A model generated the notes under the pieces. It was given only the letters and a program-made list of their open reading frames with translations, did no database searches and was not told the origin of the DNA. This document shows, in pieces, positions 46,508 to 56,625 of a stretch of DNA of 64,000 bases (its first letter is position 1; every line of letters starts with the position of its first letter). The position numbers were made by a program, and so were the translations under genes. The stretch covers positions 79,497-143,496 of the forward strand of contig QPMI01000633.1 in assembly GCA_004431415.1 (NCBI GenBank). Reading direction: 5' to 3'. This DNA comes from Cyanophora paradoxa CCMP329. Its lineage: Eukaryota; Plantae; Glaucophyta.

Positions 46508-46780
46508 CTAATCAAAGTACAGTACCACTGGTTTATCATCTATCACAATTCCTGATGTAGTCTTTTTTCTGTAAGCATGAGAGGATTTCTTGTTGCACTC
46601 TCTGCATCCACTTCCCCTTACATGATTAAATGGGTAGGTTTGGAGGATCTTGTTGCATTTAAGGCATCTAACAGATACCTTCTCTTGTGCTTTCTTATAG
46701 ACTGTCGCACTATAATCGAATTTAGTATCACCATGAACCATCATTGCAGATTCTATGAATTTCTTCGTTTTATCATCCAT
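46508..46780 (-). CDS. Small zinc-ribbon protein (DUF723-like repeat of viral endonucleases)
   Basis: FIESAMMVHGD.KFDYS.TVY....KV.VRC..C.....P.NH..GSGC.EC. Confidence 0.75.
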   Translation of the reverse strand: MDDKTKKFIESAMMVHGDTKFDYSATVYKKAQEKVSVRCLKCNKILQTYPFNHVRGSGCRECNKKSSHAYRKKTTSGIVIDDKPVVLYFD

Positions 46781-46807
46781 CCCTCTCTCTATATATACCT
46801 GAGATTT

Positions 46808-47641
46808 CTATGGAGCAGTATCCTGCCCGAAAATGGGGAAGTAGCGATTTGTGCCGTAATATTCTGCATATGTATTCTGTTTTGCAATAGCATCGGTTCT
46901 CTCAGCATAGAGAATGCATTTGTAGATACCAAATCTGGTGGCTCTCACCAAGAATTGGTAATCTTCAAGACCGAAATTCACTCCATGATAAGCAATTCCG
47001 AAATTATCATATGGAGTGATCACAACTGCAATATTTGGGGTTCCACCCTCTACTTGACAGACAGCATAAACATCTGGTGGAATATCCACGACCACCTTGT
47101 AGTGGTCACCAATCTCAACAAGAGAATCTACTACTGATGTCTGTTCGTTTACCACAATTGGGAATATCTTAATAATATATGGTGCATTCATACTGGGGAC
47201 ATAGGTGCGAATTCTGGTGTTGGGATCAATGGGATTGGGTTGATCATTTACGAAAAGAGGCGCACCAACAGCTCCACCAATCCGAAGACCATCACCAATA
47301 TATGCTCCCCCCGTTTTGCAGTTAATAGCTCCCGACCGAGATTCAAAAGAATAAGTAGAAAGAGGATCACCATAACTGTCTGGGTCTCCATAATGGGCAG
47401 AAAAGTTCGCATTTGTGACAAGGAGTTTCGTTGTCTTAACTATACCATTATTTTTATCACATCTGAGTTCCTGCAATCTCAGTTTATGGGTGGAACCAAA
47501 GGTATTCATTGTAGGTTGTACTTCTGTGGATTGGAGACCTTCGACATCATCAAAGGTAGCATGCTGTAAAACGTGATTTGCAGGTGCTGCTAATGATAGC
47601 TGGGGTGTAATAATTCGCTCTACTGGTGCTGGGGCAGCCAT
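46808..47641 (-). CDS. Putative fibre/spike paralog 4
   Basis: Shared N-domain ELRCDKNNGIVKTTKLLVTN...TGGAYIGDG. Confidence 0.7.
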   Translation of the reverse strand: MAAPAPVERIITPQLSLAAPANHVLQHATFDDVEGLQSTEVQPTMNTFGSTHKLRLQELRCDKNNGIVKTTKLLVTNANFSAHYGDPDSYGDPLSTYSFESRSGAINCKTGGAYIGDGLRIGGAVGAPLFVNDQPNPIDPNTRIRTYVPSMNAPYIIKIFPIVVNEQTSVVDSLVEIGDHYKVVVDIPPDVYAVCQVEGGTPNIAVVITPYDNFGIAYHGVNFGLEDYQFLVRATRFGIYKCILYAERTDAIAKQNTYAEYYGTNRYFPIFGQDTAP

Positions 47642-47664
47642 TTTATATTAAACAGATATATCTT

Positions 47665-48519
47665 TTATGGGGTGGGGTCGTCTATAATATCTGGCTCCGC
47701 ATAGAATCCGGTTGTGAATATATCTGCAACATTTACCCCACGAAGTGCTGAAACAGCTGCTATATCTGTTCTCAGTCCCATAATCATAGTATTGTAAACT
47801 CCAACCTCAGTGACAAACAAATCATAAGTAAATGTCAGATTGTTATAAACACAATATCCCCGACCGAAATGATTTGATGCTTGAACAAAGAATAGGTAAT
47901 TGTGACCCTGTTGGTTATTATTTGCTCTGCACATTGAGAGCATTGCTGTGGGAAGAGGAATATTCCTTCTCACTCGATCAGTTCCTGTAATGGAAACCAA
48001 TTCTGAATTTTCAAGAGTGACAGATGATGCAATATAGAAATGCAGAAAAGGTTGCTGTGCAACTGGGGTATAGAACCGAATTCGTTGTGGGTTCTCTACA
48101 TTTTGTTCAAGAGTATCTGGGACATCATTATACGAAATTGAGGATGAAAGCTGACCTGAAACTCTGCAACCACCACCAATAAATGCTCCTCCTGATCTCA
48201 CAGTTACAGCAGCAGTGTTTTTATCATAATCAAGGGCTTTCAGATCAACACTGTAAGCATCAGGACCTCCATTGGTAGGTTGGAAGAAATTCGCATTTGA
48301 GACAAGGAGTCGAGTTGTTTTAACCACACCCGAATTCTTGTCTGCTCTCAGTTCTTTAACTCGAATAATCGAATTTTTATCAAAGGAGTTACCATTGGAG
48401 TTGGGTCTCTCTGTGGATTCTAAACCACGAACCTCATCATTAACTTCATGCTGGCGAAAGTGCATAGCAGGGGATCCAAGGGAATATATTGGAAGTTGAA
48501 CTCGATTATATTCACCCAT
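47665..48519 (-). CDS. Putative fibre/spike paralog 3
   Basis: KELRADKNSGVVKTTRLLVSN...SGGAFIGGG; likely start MGEYNR at 48519. Confidence 0.7.
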   Translation of the reverse strand: MGEYNRVQLPIYSLGSPAMHFRQHEVNDEVRGLESTERPNSNGNSFDKNSIIRVKELRADKNSGVVKTTRLLVSNANFFQPTNGGPDAYSVDLKALDYDKNTAAVTVRSGGAFIGGGCRVSGQLSSSISYNDVPDTLEQNVENPQRIRFYTPVAQQPFLHFYIASSVTLENSELVSITGTDRVRRNIPLPTAMLSMCRANNNQQGHNYLFFVQASNHFGRGYCVYNNLTFTYDLFVTEVGVYNTMIMGLRTDIAAVSALRGVNVADIFTTGFYAEPDIIDDPTP

Positions 48520-48557
48520 TGCTTCTTTTACTAAGAAGGAAAGAAAAATAATGTTCA

Positions 48558-48821
48558 CTACTCTTCTGTGACATTGTTATACTCGATGCCTTTCTTTACA
48601 GTTCCCCTTTGGAATGCCTGTAACACAATGGCTTCCTTTGAGGTTGGTATTTGAACTCCTGATGAGATGCAAGATTGAATTTCTTTCTGAACAATCTCAT
48701 CAATTGCAATTCTTGCCCTGTTATGAACAACATTATCAATCCAATCCTGAACAGAGGCAGCACAGTATTCCATTCCCAACTTCTCAGTATCTGATAGAAC
48801 TACTTGGTAGATATTTGACAT
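48558..48821 (-). CDS. Small phage-like protein, possible fibre chaperone
   Basis: LSDTEK.GMEY.A.SVQDWIDN..HNRARIAIDEIV resembles small ORFs recalled next to phage C1q-type fibre genes. Confidence 0.6.
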   Translation of the reverse strand: MSNIYQVVLSDTEKLGMEYCAASVQDWIDNVVHNRARIAIDEIVQKEIQSCISSGVQIPTSKEAIVLQAFQRGTVKKGIEYNNVTEE

Positions 48822-48842
48822 TCCTACTTAATAGAAAGAAAA

Positions 48843-49868
48843 TTATGTGATACTTAGAAGTTCAGCTGTAAACATGGTTCGACTTGAATAACCACCTGTG
48901 GTTCCTGTGACAAGTGTTACATATTCTCCCGCAGCAAGATTGAGTATAACATTAATATATAGAGGTTTTACACCAATTGTAGTTGAAGATCCAGAGGTGA
49001 AGATGGATATACCCCCAGGGTTAGTGTCATTCACTTGCATTGTGAGACTTACAGCAGATGAGGTTGTTGATTGAGAGTTTGCTGTAAGTCTGTAATGACC
49101 AGCGACAGGGGCTGTAAATCTTCCATTACCTGTATTGAATGCACCTCTGTTATCAATAAAAACGGTTGTCCAATTGATTAGAACAGCAGCACTTGTTGCA
49201 GTGTGTATGTAACCCAGTTGCGCACAGAATCGAGGTTGAAAATCATACTTTAAATAACAACCTGTATTCAGGGTCAAACTATTGGCTTCCAGGGTCGCCA
49301 TGACATCACTATTGCGTTTAAAAACCAGATTTGCGCTTGATCCTGTGTCTATTTCAGGTGTAACTATTTTGGTAGTTGCTGTGACAATAGATTGCTGTGC
49401 ACCAGGAACATAAACACCTCCATTGGCTGTTACCAAATCATTAAATGTAGTTGTTCCTGTTACAGTGATTTGTTCAGTTGTGAGATTCCCATTTATTCTT
49501 GCTCCATCTCCAATGTAGGCACCTCCACTTTTTACCACAAGAGCAGAGTTATTACTTGTGTTATCAAAAGTAACAATCTTGGGTGTGGTGAACCCTCCCA
49601 CATCATCATAAATTGCAGAATCCGAAACGATTTGACCTGATTGAACTTGGTTCTTATTCGAAACTATGAGACCTGTGGTTCTCACCTTGCCCCCATTTCG
49701 ATCACATCGAATTTCTTTGCATCTTATCACAGAGTTTTGCGAAAATGAATCTGCTCCTGTTGTTTCTGTGCAAATAAAACCAGGGGTAGCATCTGTTACA
49801 GCATGGTTAAGTTGATGTATTTTTGGGGCGGCATAACAGAAAACAGGGACTGCTATTTGAGTAGCCAT
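48843..49868 (-). CDS. Fibre paralog 2 with C-terminal C1q-like head
   Basis: Shared N-domain; FNTGNGRFTAPVAGHYRLT, LNLAAGEYVTL. Confidence 0.8.
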   Translation of the reverse strand: MATQIAVPVFCYAAPKIHQLNHAVTDATPGFICTETTGADSFSQNSVIRCKEIRCDRNGGKVRTTGLIVSNKNQVQSGQIVSDSAIYDDVGGFTTPKIVTFDNTSNNSALVVKSGGAYIGDGARINGNLTTEQITVTGTTTFNDLVTANGGVYVPGAQQSIVTATTKIVTPEIDTGSSANLVFKRNSDVMATLEANSLTLNTGCYLKYDFQPRFCAQLGYIHTATSAAVLINWTTVFIDNRGAFNTGNGRFTAPVAGHYRLTANSQSTTSSAVSLTMQVNDTNPGGISIFTSGSSTTIGVKPLYINVILNLAAGEYVTLVTGTTGGYSSRTMFTAELLSIT

Positions 49869-49890
49869 TCTTTATATTACATAGACAATA

Positions 49891-50964
49891 TTATATGGTG
49901 CTTACCAGATAACAACCCAAGAAAGATCGTGTGTCCAGTGTGATAGTAACACCAGATGAGTTCACCACTGAAACATAGTCCCCAGTATTTAGAGTTATTA
50001 ATGTTTCATATGTGATTGCTGGCGAGACATATCCATTATGTGAACAACTAAATTCGTAATTGGATGCAACTCCATTTATGTGTAGCCGAAAGACAGTTAC
50101 ATAAGAAGTCTGATTATCTGTTCTCATAGTTGTAAAGAAAAACCGGTAAACACCTGCAACAGGTGCAGTAAATCGTGAGGATCCAAAGTTGCCTTCATTG
50201 TTGATAAGATAAGTGCCGTAAGTAGGTGGTGAAATGAAGACAGATTGACCATTTGAACATGTTGAAGTTCCTGTCTGATTAGGAACCTGTCTTGCAACAC
50301 ACAGTCGTGGGCAATAAGTTCTTTTCAAATAGCAAGTAGGAGAAAGTGTAAATGATTTTATCTCTGTCTGTGCAACTGTTGTTTTTTCAAGAGTGACAAT
50401 TGTGTTACCATTTCGTTTGTAGGTCGAATTCGAATCTGTCCCATTACCAATTTCGGGTGCTTGAACTCTCAGAAATGCTTGAAGAGTCCCATAAATTATG
50501 TTTCCTAAAAGACCAGAGTTAATATTCATCAACTGAGTGAAAACACTTGTCCCATTCACAGTCAACTGATTTGCTGTGACAGTCCCCACCACAATTGCCC
50601 CATCACCAATGTAGGCTCCTCCACTTCTGACTACAAGAGCCGAATTATTTATTGTGTTATCGAAATTAACTATCTTTGCTGTGCTGAATCCACCCACATT
50701 ATCATATACTGCTGAATCGGGGACTACTTGACCTGCTTGAACTTGATTTTTATTCGAGATAATAATGCCTGTGGTTCTAATCTTGCCTCCATTTCGATCA
50801 CATCGAATTTCTTTGAATCTGAGTATATTATTCTCTGTGAAAGAGGTATTACTTGATGTTTCAGTGCAGATATTCCCAGGTGTTGAATCAACTACTCCAT
50901 GAGAGGTGCTGTGCAGTGATTTTGCTGCAAGTTCGTAGTTTGGGATTTCTAATAGAGAGGTCAT
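49891..50964 (-). CDS. Fibre paralog 1 with C-terminal C1q-like head
   Basis: Shared N-domain; SRFTAPVAGVYRFFF, ITLNTGDYVSV. Confidence 0.8.
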   Translation of the reverse strand: MTSLLEIPNYELAAKSLHSTSHGVVDSTPGNICTETSSNTSFTENNILRFKEIRCDRNGGKIRTTGIIISNKNQVQAGQVVPDSAVYDNVGGFSTAKIVNFDNTINNSALVVRSGGAYIGDGAIVVGTVTANQLTVNGTSVFTQLMNINSGLLGNIIYGTLQAFLRVQAPEIGNGTDSNSTYKRNGNTIVTLEKTTVAQTEIKSFTLSPTCYLKRTYCPRLCVARQVPNQTGTSTCSNGQSVFISPPTYGTYLINNEGNFGSSRFTAPVAGVYRFFFTTMRTDNQTSYVTVFRLHINGVASNYEFSCSHNGYVSPAITYETLITLNTGDYVSVVNSSGVTITLDTRSFLGCYLVSTI

Positions 50965-50988
50965 CTTTATAATAGTAAAAGATTGAAA

Positions 50989-53313
50989 TCAAGCAGTTGC
51001 TATCCAATGCACTGTAACCATGAAGGTTTGGGGTTGTATGTTTATATATCCTGCTGCCCAAACAACAAGATTTATGGTGGTTGAGGTGGTTGAGTTGCTT
51101 GATATTCCCATTTTGTAGTCGATCTCTACATTAGTTGCAGGCAGTCCCTCCAATGTTGCAACAACAGATGGGGTTGATGCAAAAGCAGGACTCCAACTTA
51201 ATGTAATGGTATGATTTTGCCTTGCTGAACTACCACCAATTTGGGGATTGTTTATGACGAAATTGTATGTCCCCTTCCTTATTCCAGTAGTAGTGTAATT
51301 ATCAAAAACATATTGGGGCATCAACTTGGTAACAGCAGCATTATTGCGAGGATCCCTGACCCACATTTCTCTTGCATATGCATTACCGCGAACAAGAAGT
51401 GTTTTATCCTGGTAGTATGATATTGTGTTAGTAGAAAGAGTTGAATTGTGGAAATTCCAAATCACAGGAGGATTGGGCATAATGTAGGGGTCGTAGTCAA
51501 GAAAGTAACCTGATCCAACAAGAAGGTTTGCATTTGCTGTGATGTTATTGGCTGTAAAGGGATCAAGAGTTGGTCTATTGGTCAAATCGAGGTAGTTGCC
51601 TGAGAAAATCGCTGGTTTGTTATAAATATCTGTATTCCAATCATGAGTGTGTGCAAAATCTGTAATCTCCGCCTTAGTGTGATTGTGTGCAAAATCTGTA
51701 ATCTCTGCCTTCGTATGGGTGTGACCAACATATGCAACATTTCCAAGATCTGTTATCTCTGATTTAACATGAGTGTGAGCGAAATTCGTAATATCTGCTC
51801 TGGTGTGGGTGTGTGCAAAATCTGTTATCTGGGATTTTGTGTGAGTGTGAGTATTGAAATCTGTGATCTCTGCTCTTGTGTGGGTGTGTGCTCTATTATT
51901 AAGATCAAGGAAGCTTCCAGAAAATGCAACAGGGTGTAGATTTGCAGCTGTTGGTTTGTTTAGGAGATCATTATAGTCTCCTGTAAAAGCGATTATTTTC
52001 AGTTCACCCCTTCCCACATAATCAGAAGGGAGATCAATCTTAATGGGCATAATAGCTGGATCATCTGGGATCTCATATTCACCTCCTGGGTGAACCACAG
52101 GAAAGGTTTGATTGCTTTCAGTATGGACAAAGAAGTTGCATGCTGTTACTGTTCCATCAATAATCCCTCCTGTGAGAGGAAGGTAATCCCCTGTCACACC
52201 AATATTAATACCTGCAATAATTGTATTCAGTTCTGTTTCATCTATGTAGTTCTGGGCTTGCAGGTAATCCTCTGTTACCACTCTGGATATGGTCTCATTG
52301 TGAATATTCTTTGCTGCTGCCCTCTGATTGATTTCTAAGAGACCCTCACCCACTCCACCATTATAATTCGTTTTTATCCATGAGATTTCGCATCTCTTGT
52401 AGTCATCTCGATTTCCAATGAGAGCATTGGGTAACAATCTTTCTCTGGTGAATATTAATTTGGGTCTTGAACTATCTAAATCACTCACATCAGTTACATT
52501 AATTTGGATTGCTGCATCTTTGTCATCATAGTTTGCTGGATCAGATGGTAGAGAGATCAATCCTCCTGTCATTGGGATGTCATCTGCATAGTAACTGGTT
52601 AAATAGATACCTGGTTTGGTGTCCATCAAACCGAAATTTCCGCCTGCTGCAATTATCTGCATCCTTGTAGGGGGTCTGATGTATAATTCACCCTGCATTT
52701 TGGTTCCTGCATCTATTCCTTTGAGATTCAGGTAATATTCATCTAATCTTAATCTCTCTGGTATGATATTACTTTGGTAGAGAGTAACACCATGTAAGGT
52801 GTCGAAATCATCACCTGCTGATGCGAATTTTGGTTGTTCATCTATTTCGCTCCATTTATGTCTGTGATCTTCTGGTGGAAACTCTTCTGGTTTTCCATCA
52901 ATATCACCCCAGTCATGCCTGTGATCCTCTGGTGGGAATTTGTCTGGTTTACCTAATATCTCATCCCAGTCATGGTTGTGATCCTCTGGTGGAAATCTGG
53001 CTGGTTTATTGTTGATCTGCTCCCAATCTGGGAAGAATTCCCAAATCTCTGGGCGAAATCCATCTGGTAATAATTCTTCATGGGGTTCATATGGTTGCTC
53101 ATAATCAACAACTGGTGGTTGGAGACCATCTGCTAAATATTCCTCATGGGGTTCATAATTCTGTTCATACTCATACTCTTGTGGATCTAAACCATCTGGT
53201 AGATACTCTTCCTCATTGGGGTCATACTGATCATATTCATACTCTTGTGGGTCGAAACCATCTGGTAAATATTCTTCCTCATCTGGGACGAATTGGTATT
53301 CATCAAGCTCCAA
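50989..53313 (-). CDS. Long tail-fibre-like protein with acidic repeats, HxH repeats and a lectin/gp53-like C-terminus (may begin upstream at 53878 via frameshifts)
   Basis: EEYLPDG repeats; FPPEDHxHDW x3; HTHTKAEITDF-type repeats; FASTPSVVAT...VHWIAT. Confidence 0.75.
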   Translation of the reverse strand: MELDEYQFVPDEEEYLPDGFDPQEYEYDQYDPNEEEYLPDGLDPQEYEYEQNYEPHEEYLADGLQPPVVDYEQPYEPHEELLPDGFRPEIWEFFPDWEQINNKPARFPPEDHNHDWDEILGKPDKFPPEDHRHDWGDIDGKPEEFPPEDHRHKWSEIDEQPKFASAGDDFDTLHGVTLYQSNIIPERLRLDEYYLNLKGIDAGTKMQGELYIRPPTRMQIIAAGGNFGLMDTKPGIYLTSYYADDIPMTGGLISLPSDPANYDDKDAAIQINVTDVSDLDSSRPKLIFTRERLLPNALIGNRDDYKRCEISWIKTNYNGGVGEGLLEINQRAAAKNIHNETISRVVTEDYLQAQNYIDETELNTIIAGINIGVTGDYLPLTGGIIDGTVTACNFFVHTESNQTFPVVHPGGEYEIPDDPAIMPIKIDLPSDYVGRGELKIIAFTGDYNDLLNKPTAANLHPVAFSGSFLDLNNRAHTHTRAEITDFNTHTHTKSQITDFAHTHTRADITNFAHTHVKSEITDLGNVAYVGHTHTKAEITDFAHNHTKAEITDFAHTHDWNTDIYNKPAIFSGNYLDLTNRPTLDPFTANNITANANLLVGSGYFLDYDPYIMPNPPVIWNFHNSTLSTNTISYYQDKTLLVRGNAYAREMWVRDPRNNAAVTKLMPQYVFDNYTTTGIRKGTYNFVINNPQIGGSSARQNHTITLSWSPAFASTPSVVATLEGLPATNVEIDYKMGISSNSTTSTTINLVVWAAGYINIQPQTFMVTVHWIATA

Positions 53314-53345
53314 AATATCGATTTCAGGAGGTAAATATTACTTGA

Positions 53346-53878
53346 TTAATCTCTGATGTGAGTGATTCGAACTCTCTGCGCTTCAGTGATTCGAACTTCA
53401 GTGTTAGTGAACTCGATTTTGTTGGTTTCTGCATGGGGTGCTATCTGTAATATTTCGGGAATTTGTGCAATTGCATTTGATCCTTCATTATAGATTCTTA
53501 AACCACTCTGATGCCCACCCTTCTCATTTTGAACATTGAATATCAACCTTCCACTATCGAATCGAGTTGGAATATCTGGATGGGTTGCACTGGTTTTCAG
53601 TTTTCTTGGTCTGCTCCTGGTTGCTTTAATCTGGGCTACCTGATTCGATTTCACATTCCCCATGCTGAAAGCAACACTCACATCCTCTTTTTCAGGATCC
53701 ATTTCGTTTATTGAAAGTGCATGCATTCTTGGGTGAGTCTTTGAGGGTTCATCTGCACTATGTCGATTGAGATTGACCCTCTGGCTGTCAAGTTATCGAA
53801 ATTTACATGTTTGTTATCTGCCTTCCCTCTTCCTGATGAAGGAATGGTTTGCAGGTTTGCTGGATAATTGAAACTCAT
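53346..53878 (-). CDS. Frameshifted ORF, either the N-terminus of the long fibre or a separate gene
   Basis: ATG 53878 (MSFNYPANLQ) shifts into the 53346-53726 frame. Confidence 0.45.
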
Positions 53879-53927
53879 CCCAATTTACTCTACTTATAGA
53901 GATTTATTAAATTTGAGTTAAGTAAAG

Positions 53928-55466
53928 ATGCCCCTTCGTGTAATTCTCTCATTATCAGGTGGGGGAGCTCGTGGTATAATTATTACGAGATTGCTAAAAG
54001 AAATCGAAACTCGAACAGGAAAAAGAGTAATAGATCTTGTTGACCTGGTGAGTGGAACATCCACTGGTGGGATAATTGCGATTGGTCTCAATGTGAAAAA
54101 CCCCGAATTTCCAAACGAACCTAAACTCACTGCAACCGATTTGCATTCCACTTATCTCAACCAACTGCCTTTAATCTTTGCAAATCCCCGAAATATTATA
54201 GATAATGCCCTCTTCAACACCAAGTATGATGTGACCCCATTGGAGACAGCCATTCTCACTGTTACTGGTGAGTCTCTCATCCAAGACTCTCTAAAAGATG
54301 TGGTGATCACAAGTTTTGATACTGTGAGTATGAAGCCCATCTTTATCACCAATGATAACTCCTACAAATCTATCCCAGCAAGATTGCTGCAAGATCCACC
54401 TCTGCTGCACCTACTTACTTCTCACCTGTGAACTATGATGGGATGTCTCTAATTGATGGTGCAATATCAGGTTACAACAATCCCAGTGTATGTGGTTACA
54501 GCCATGCTAAAAAGATCTATGATGATGATGATGATATAATTGTGATCAGTATATCCTGTGGTGAGGTCAATGAAACAGATGCCCCAAATGTGGATATTCC
54601 TATGAAGATGTCAACAGCTGGGGCATTCTCTCATGGATTGCTTCGACCTCTGGGAGTCCATTAATTAATATGTTGATGGCTGCAAGTGAACTCTCAGCCC
54701 TGGAAAAGATGCAAGAGTTTCTCCCATATAATGATGACCAAGGATATGCAAGATATTATAGACTCTCTGTTCCACTTCCAAAGACCATAGTAAACTCTCT
54801 GGATGATACCTCTAAGATACCAGATATGATAGATGCAACCGAAATGTATATAGCAGCAAACACTGTGATGATTGATAGACTCTGTGATTTACTGGTTGCA
54901 AATTATGAAATCAAGAACCCTGCAAGGTTCTATATATCATCCACTCTGAATAACATACCTCCCATTGATGCTAACTGGTATCTTCTATCAGATGGTGCAT
55001 TCACTGCTTCATCATCAAAAATTGGAAGGGAGGCATTTAAAGCAAGACCTTCATTAACTGGTTGGGAGGCAAATGCATCTGCTCCTGATGGGATATGGAG
55101 TGTTCCCACTGAGTATCTCCAAGTATCCTTCCCATATATATTTGAGGTTGCATCTATAATTGCATATGGTTCTGGTGTGACCAATGCCTTTATTAAGACC
55201 TTCAATGTTGCAACATCACAAGATGGTGTTTCCTGGTCATTTATCAAGTATGAAGGTGTCAACAGAGTGTTCATGTGTGAAACTATTAATAATGCCCATA
55301 ACAGTGGTGATGTCTCATACAGTTCTGGGTTTCCCACCTCTATTAGAGACGTTTTCTATGTTGGCTACCCTGTGAGGACAAGGTATATTCGTATTTATCC
55401 AATTGTATATATAAATGCCCAACTATGAGAGTGGATGTTACAGGTGCATTTATTCGAAGTGTATAG
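53928..55466 (+). CDS. Patatin-like phospholipase fused to an F5/8 type C (discoidin)-like domain; split by apparent frameshifts
   Basis: GGGARG, GTSTG, IDGA; EYLQVSF, TFNVATSQDGVSW, PVRTRYIRIYP. Confidence 0.82.
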
Positions 55467-55889
55467 AAATTCAGGACTTCTGATGTATGGTGCGCCAGAT
55501 TATGGCGATTTTTTACAGTAGCTACTGTATCGTCGTATACATTGTAGAGATTTTTAACAGTAGCTACTGTATTTTCGCATTATTTTACTGTATGTAATAT
55601 ATACGTATATATACTTGATACCTATATCGTCGTGTAGATCTTTTCAAGCGCTTTCTAACGCTATTTTAGCGGGTGCGAGCGGATGATCTGGTGAGGAGAT
55701 ACAAGCGTTGAAGATGGCGAAATCGCCACAGCAGCAACGCGATGCCCACAGTAGTAACGCGAACCGTCAAGTATATATATGCATATATATACACTTTTTT
55801 ACCAGAAATTCCGTCTGAGTCAACCGGTCATGCGGAGGTTTTGTGTATATCTGCAATATATATGTTTTCATATGCATCATAGTTTTATT

Positions 55890-56090
55890 TGTCACCTGTG
55901 ACATAATTAATGTGGTCACCGGTGACTTAATTTGTCACCGGTGACATAATTTCTTATGTGAATGTGGTCAACAATGACTTAATTTGTCACCGGTGACATA
56001 ATTTCTTTTGGTGAATTCGGTCATCGACGACATAATTTTGTCACCGATGACATAATTTGTCACCGGTGACATAATTTGTCACTGGTGACA
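55890..56090. repeat. Array of ~9 copies (some degenerate) of palindrome TGTCACCGGTGACA, often at 19-bp period
   Basis: Copies at 55890, 55914, 55933, 55985, 56039, 56058, 56077 plus degenerate ones. Confidence 0.9.
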
Positions 56091-56121
56091 AATTAATTTA
56101 TTTCGTCAAATTATCCTATTG

Positions 56122-56222
56122 ACCGAAACTTCACCGAAACTTCACCGAAACTTCACCGAAACTTCTTTGAAACTTCGCTCCGAAACTTCATTGAAACTTC
56201 ACCGAAACTTCACCGAAACTTC
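56122..56222 (+). repeat. Tandem 11-mer ACCGAAACTTC, ~9 copies
   Basis: Directly visible. Confidence 0.92.
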
Positions 56223-56382
56223 AATATCGGTCATATATATGTATTTATCACCAACTGCTCCGTTTTTAATACTAAAAACAGATTCAAAATCCTCTCACCA
56301 GCGGCTATCAGGTTTCGGTGAGATCGGGCACTAACAAAATAAAGAATTGACAAGGATTTCCTGGATTCTCTCAACTTCTGCT

Positions 56383-56625
56383 ATGGATCCCATCTACCAA
56401 GACCCTGCTATCATCCATGCTGCCCAATCAGACTGGATCCATGATTTCAAAACTGCTTTCTATTACAATTTCTTCATGTCACAGCCAGAGCATGTGAGAC
56501 TGTTCTTTGTTTATAATTACCAGCTGGTTTCAAACCTTGAAACTTTCTTCTTGGAAATTATTGAAAAAGATAGACAAATGAGGAAAATTCGCCAGAGGTC
56601 TAAGAGATTCCGAAAGCGTTGTTAA
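56383..56625 (+). CDS. Small hypothetical protein with basic C-terminus
   Basis: MDPIYQDP...RKIRQRSKRFRKRC; upstream AAAGAATTGAC. Confidence 0.5.
   Translation: MDPIYQDPAIIHAAQSDWIHDFKTAFYYNFFMSQPEHVRLFFVYNYQLVSNLETFFLEIIEKDRQMRKIRQRSKRFRKRC

Noticed and set aside
45920-53313. Bacterial or phage contamination suggested by speD and tail-fibre genes
   Set aside because: Genes are contiguous with Polinton-type integrase and pPolB, inside a terminus homologous to PLV-A
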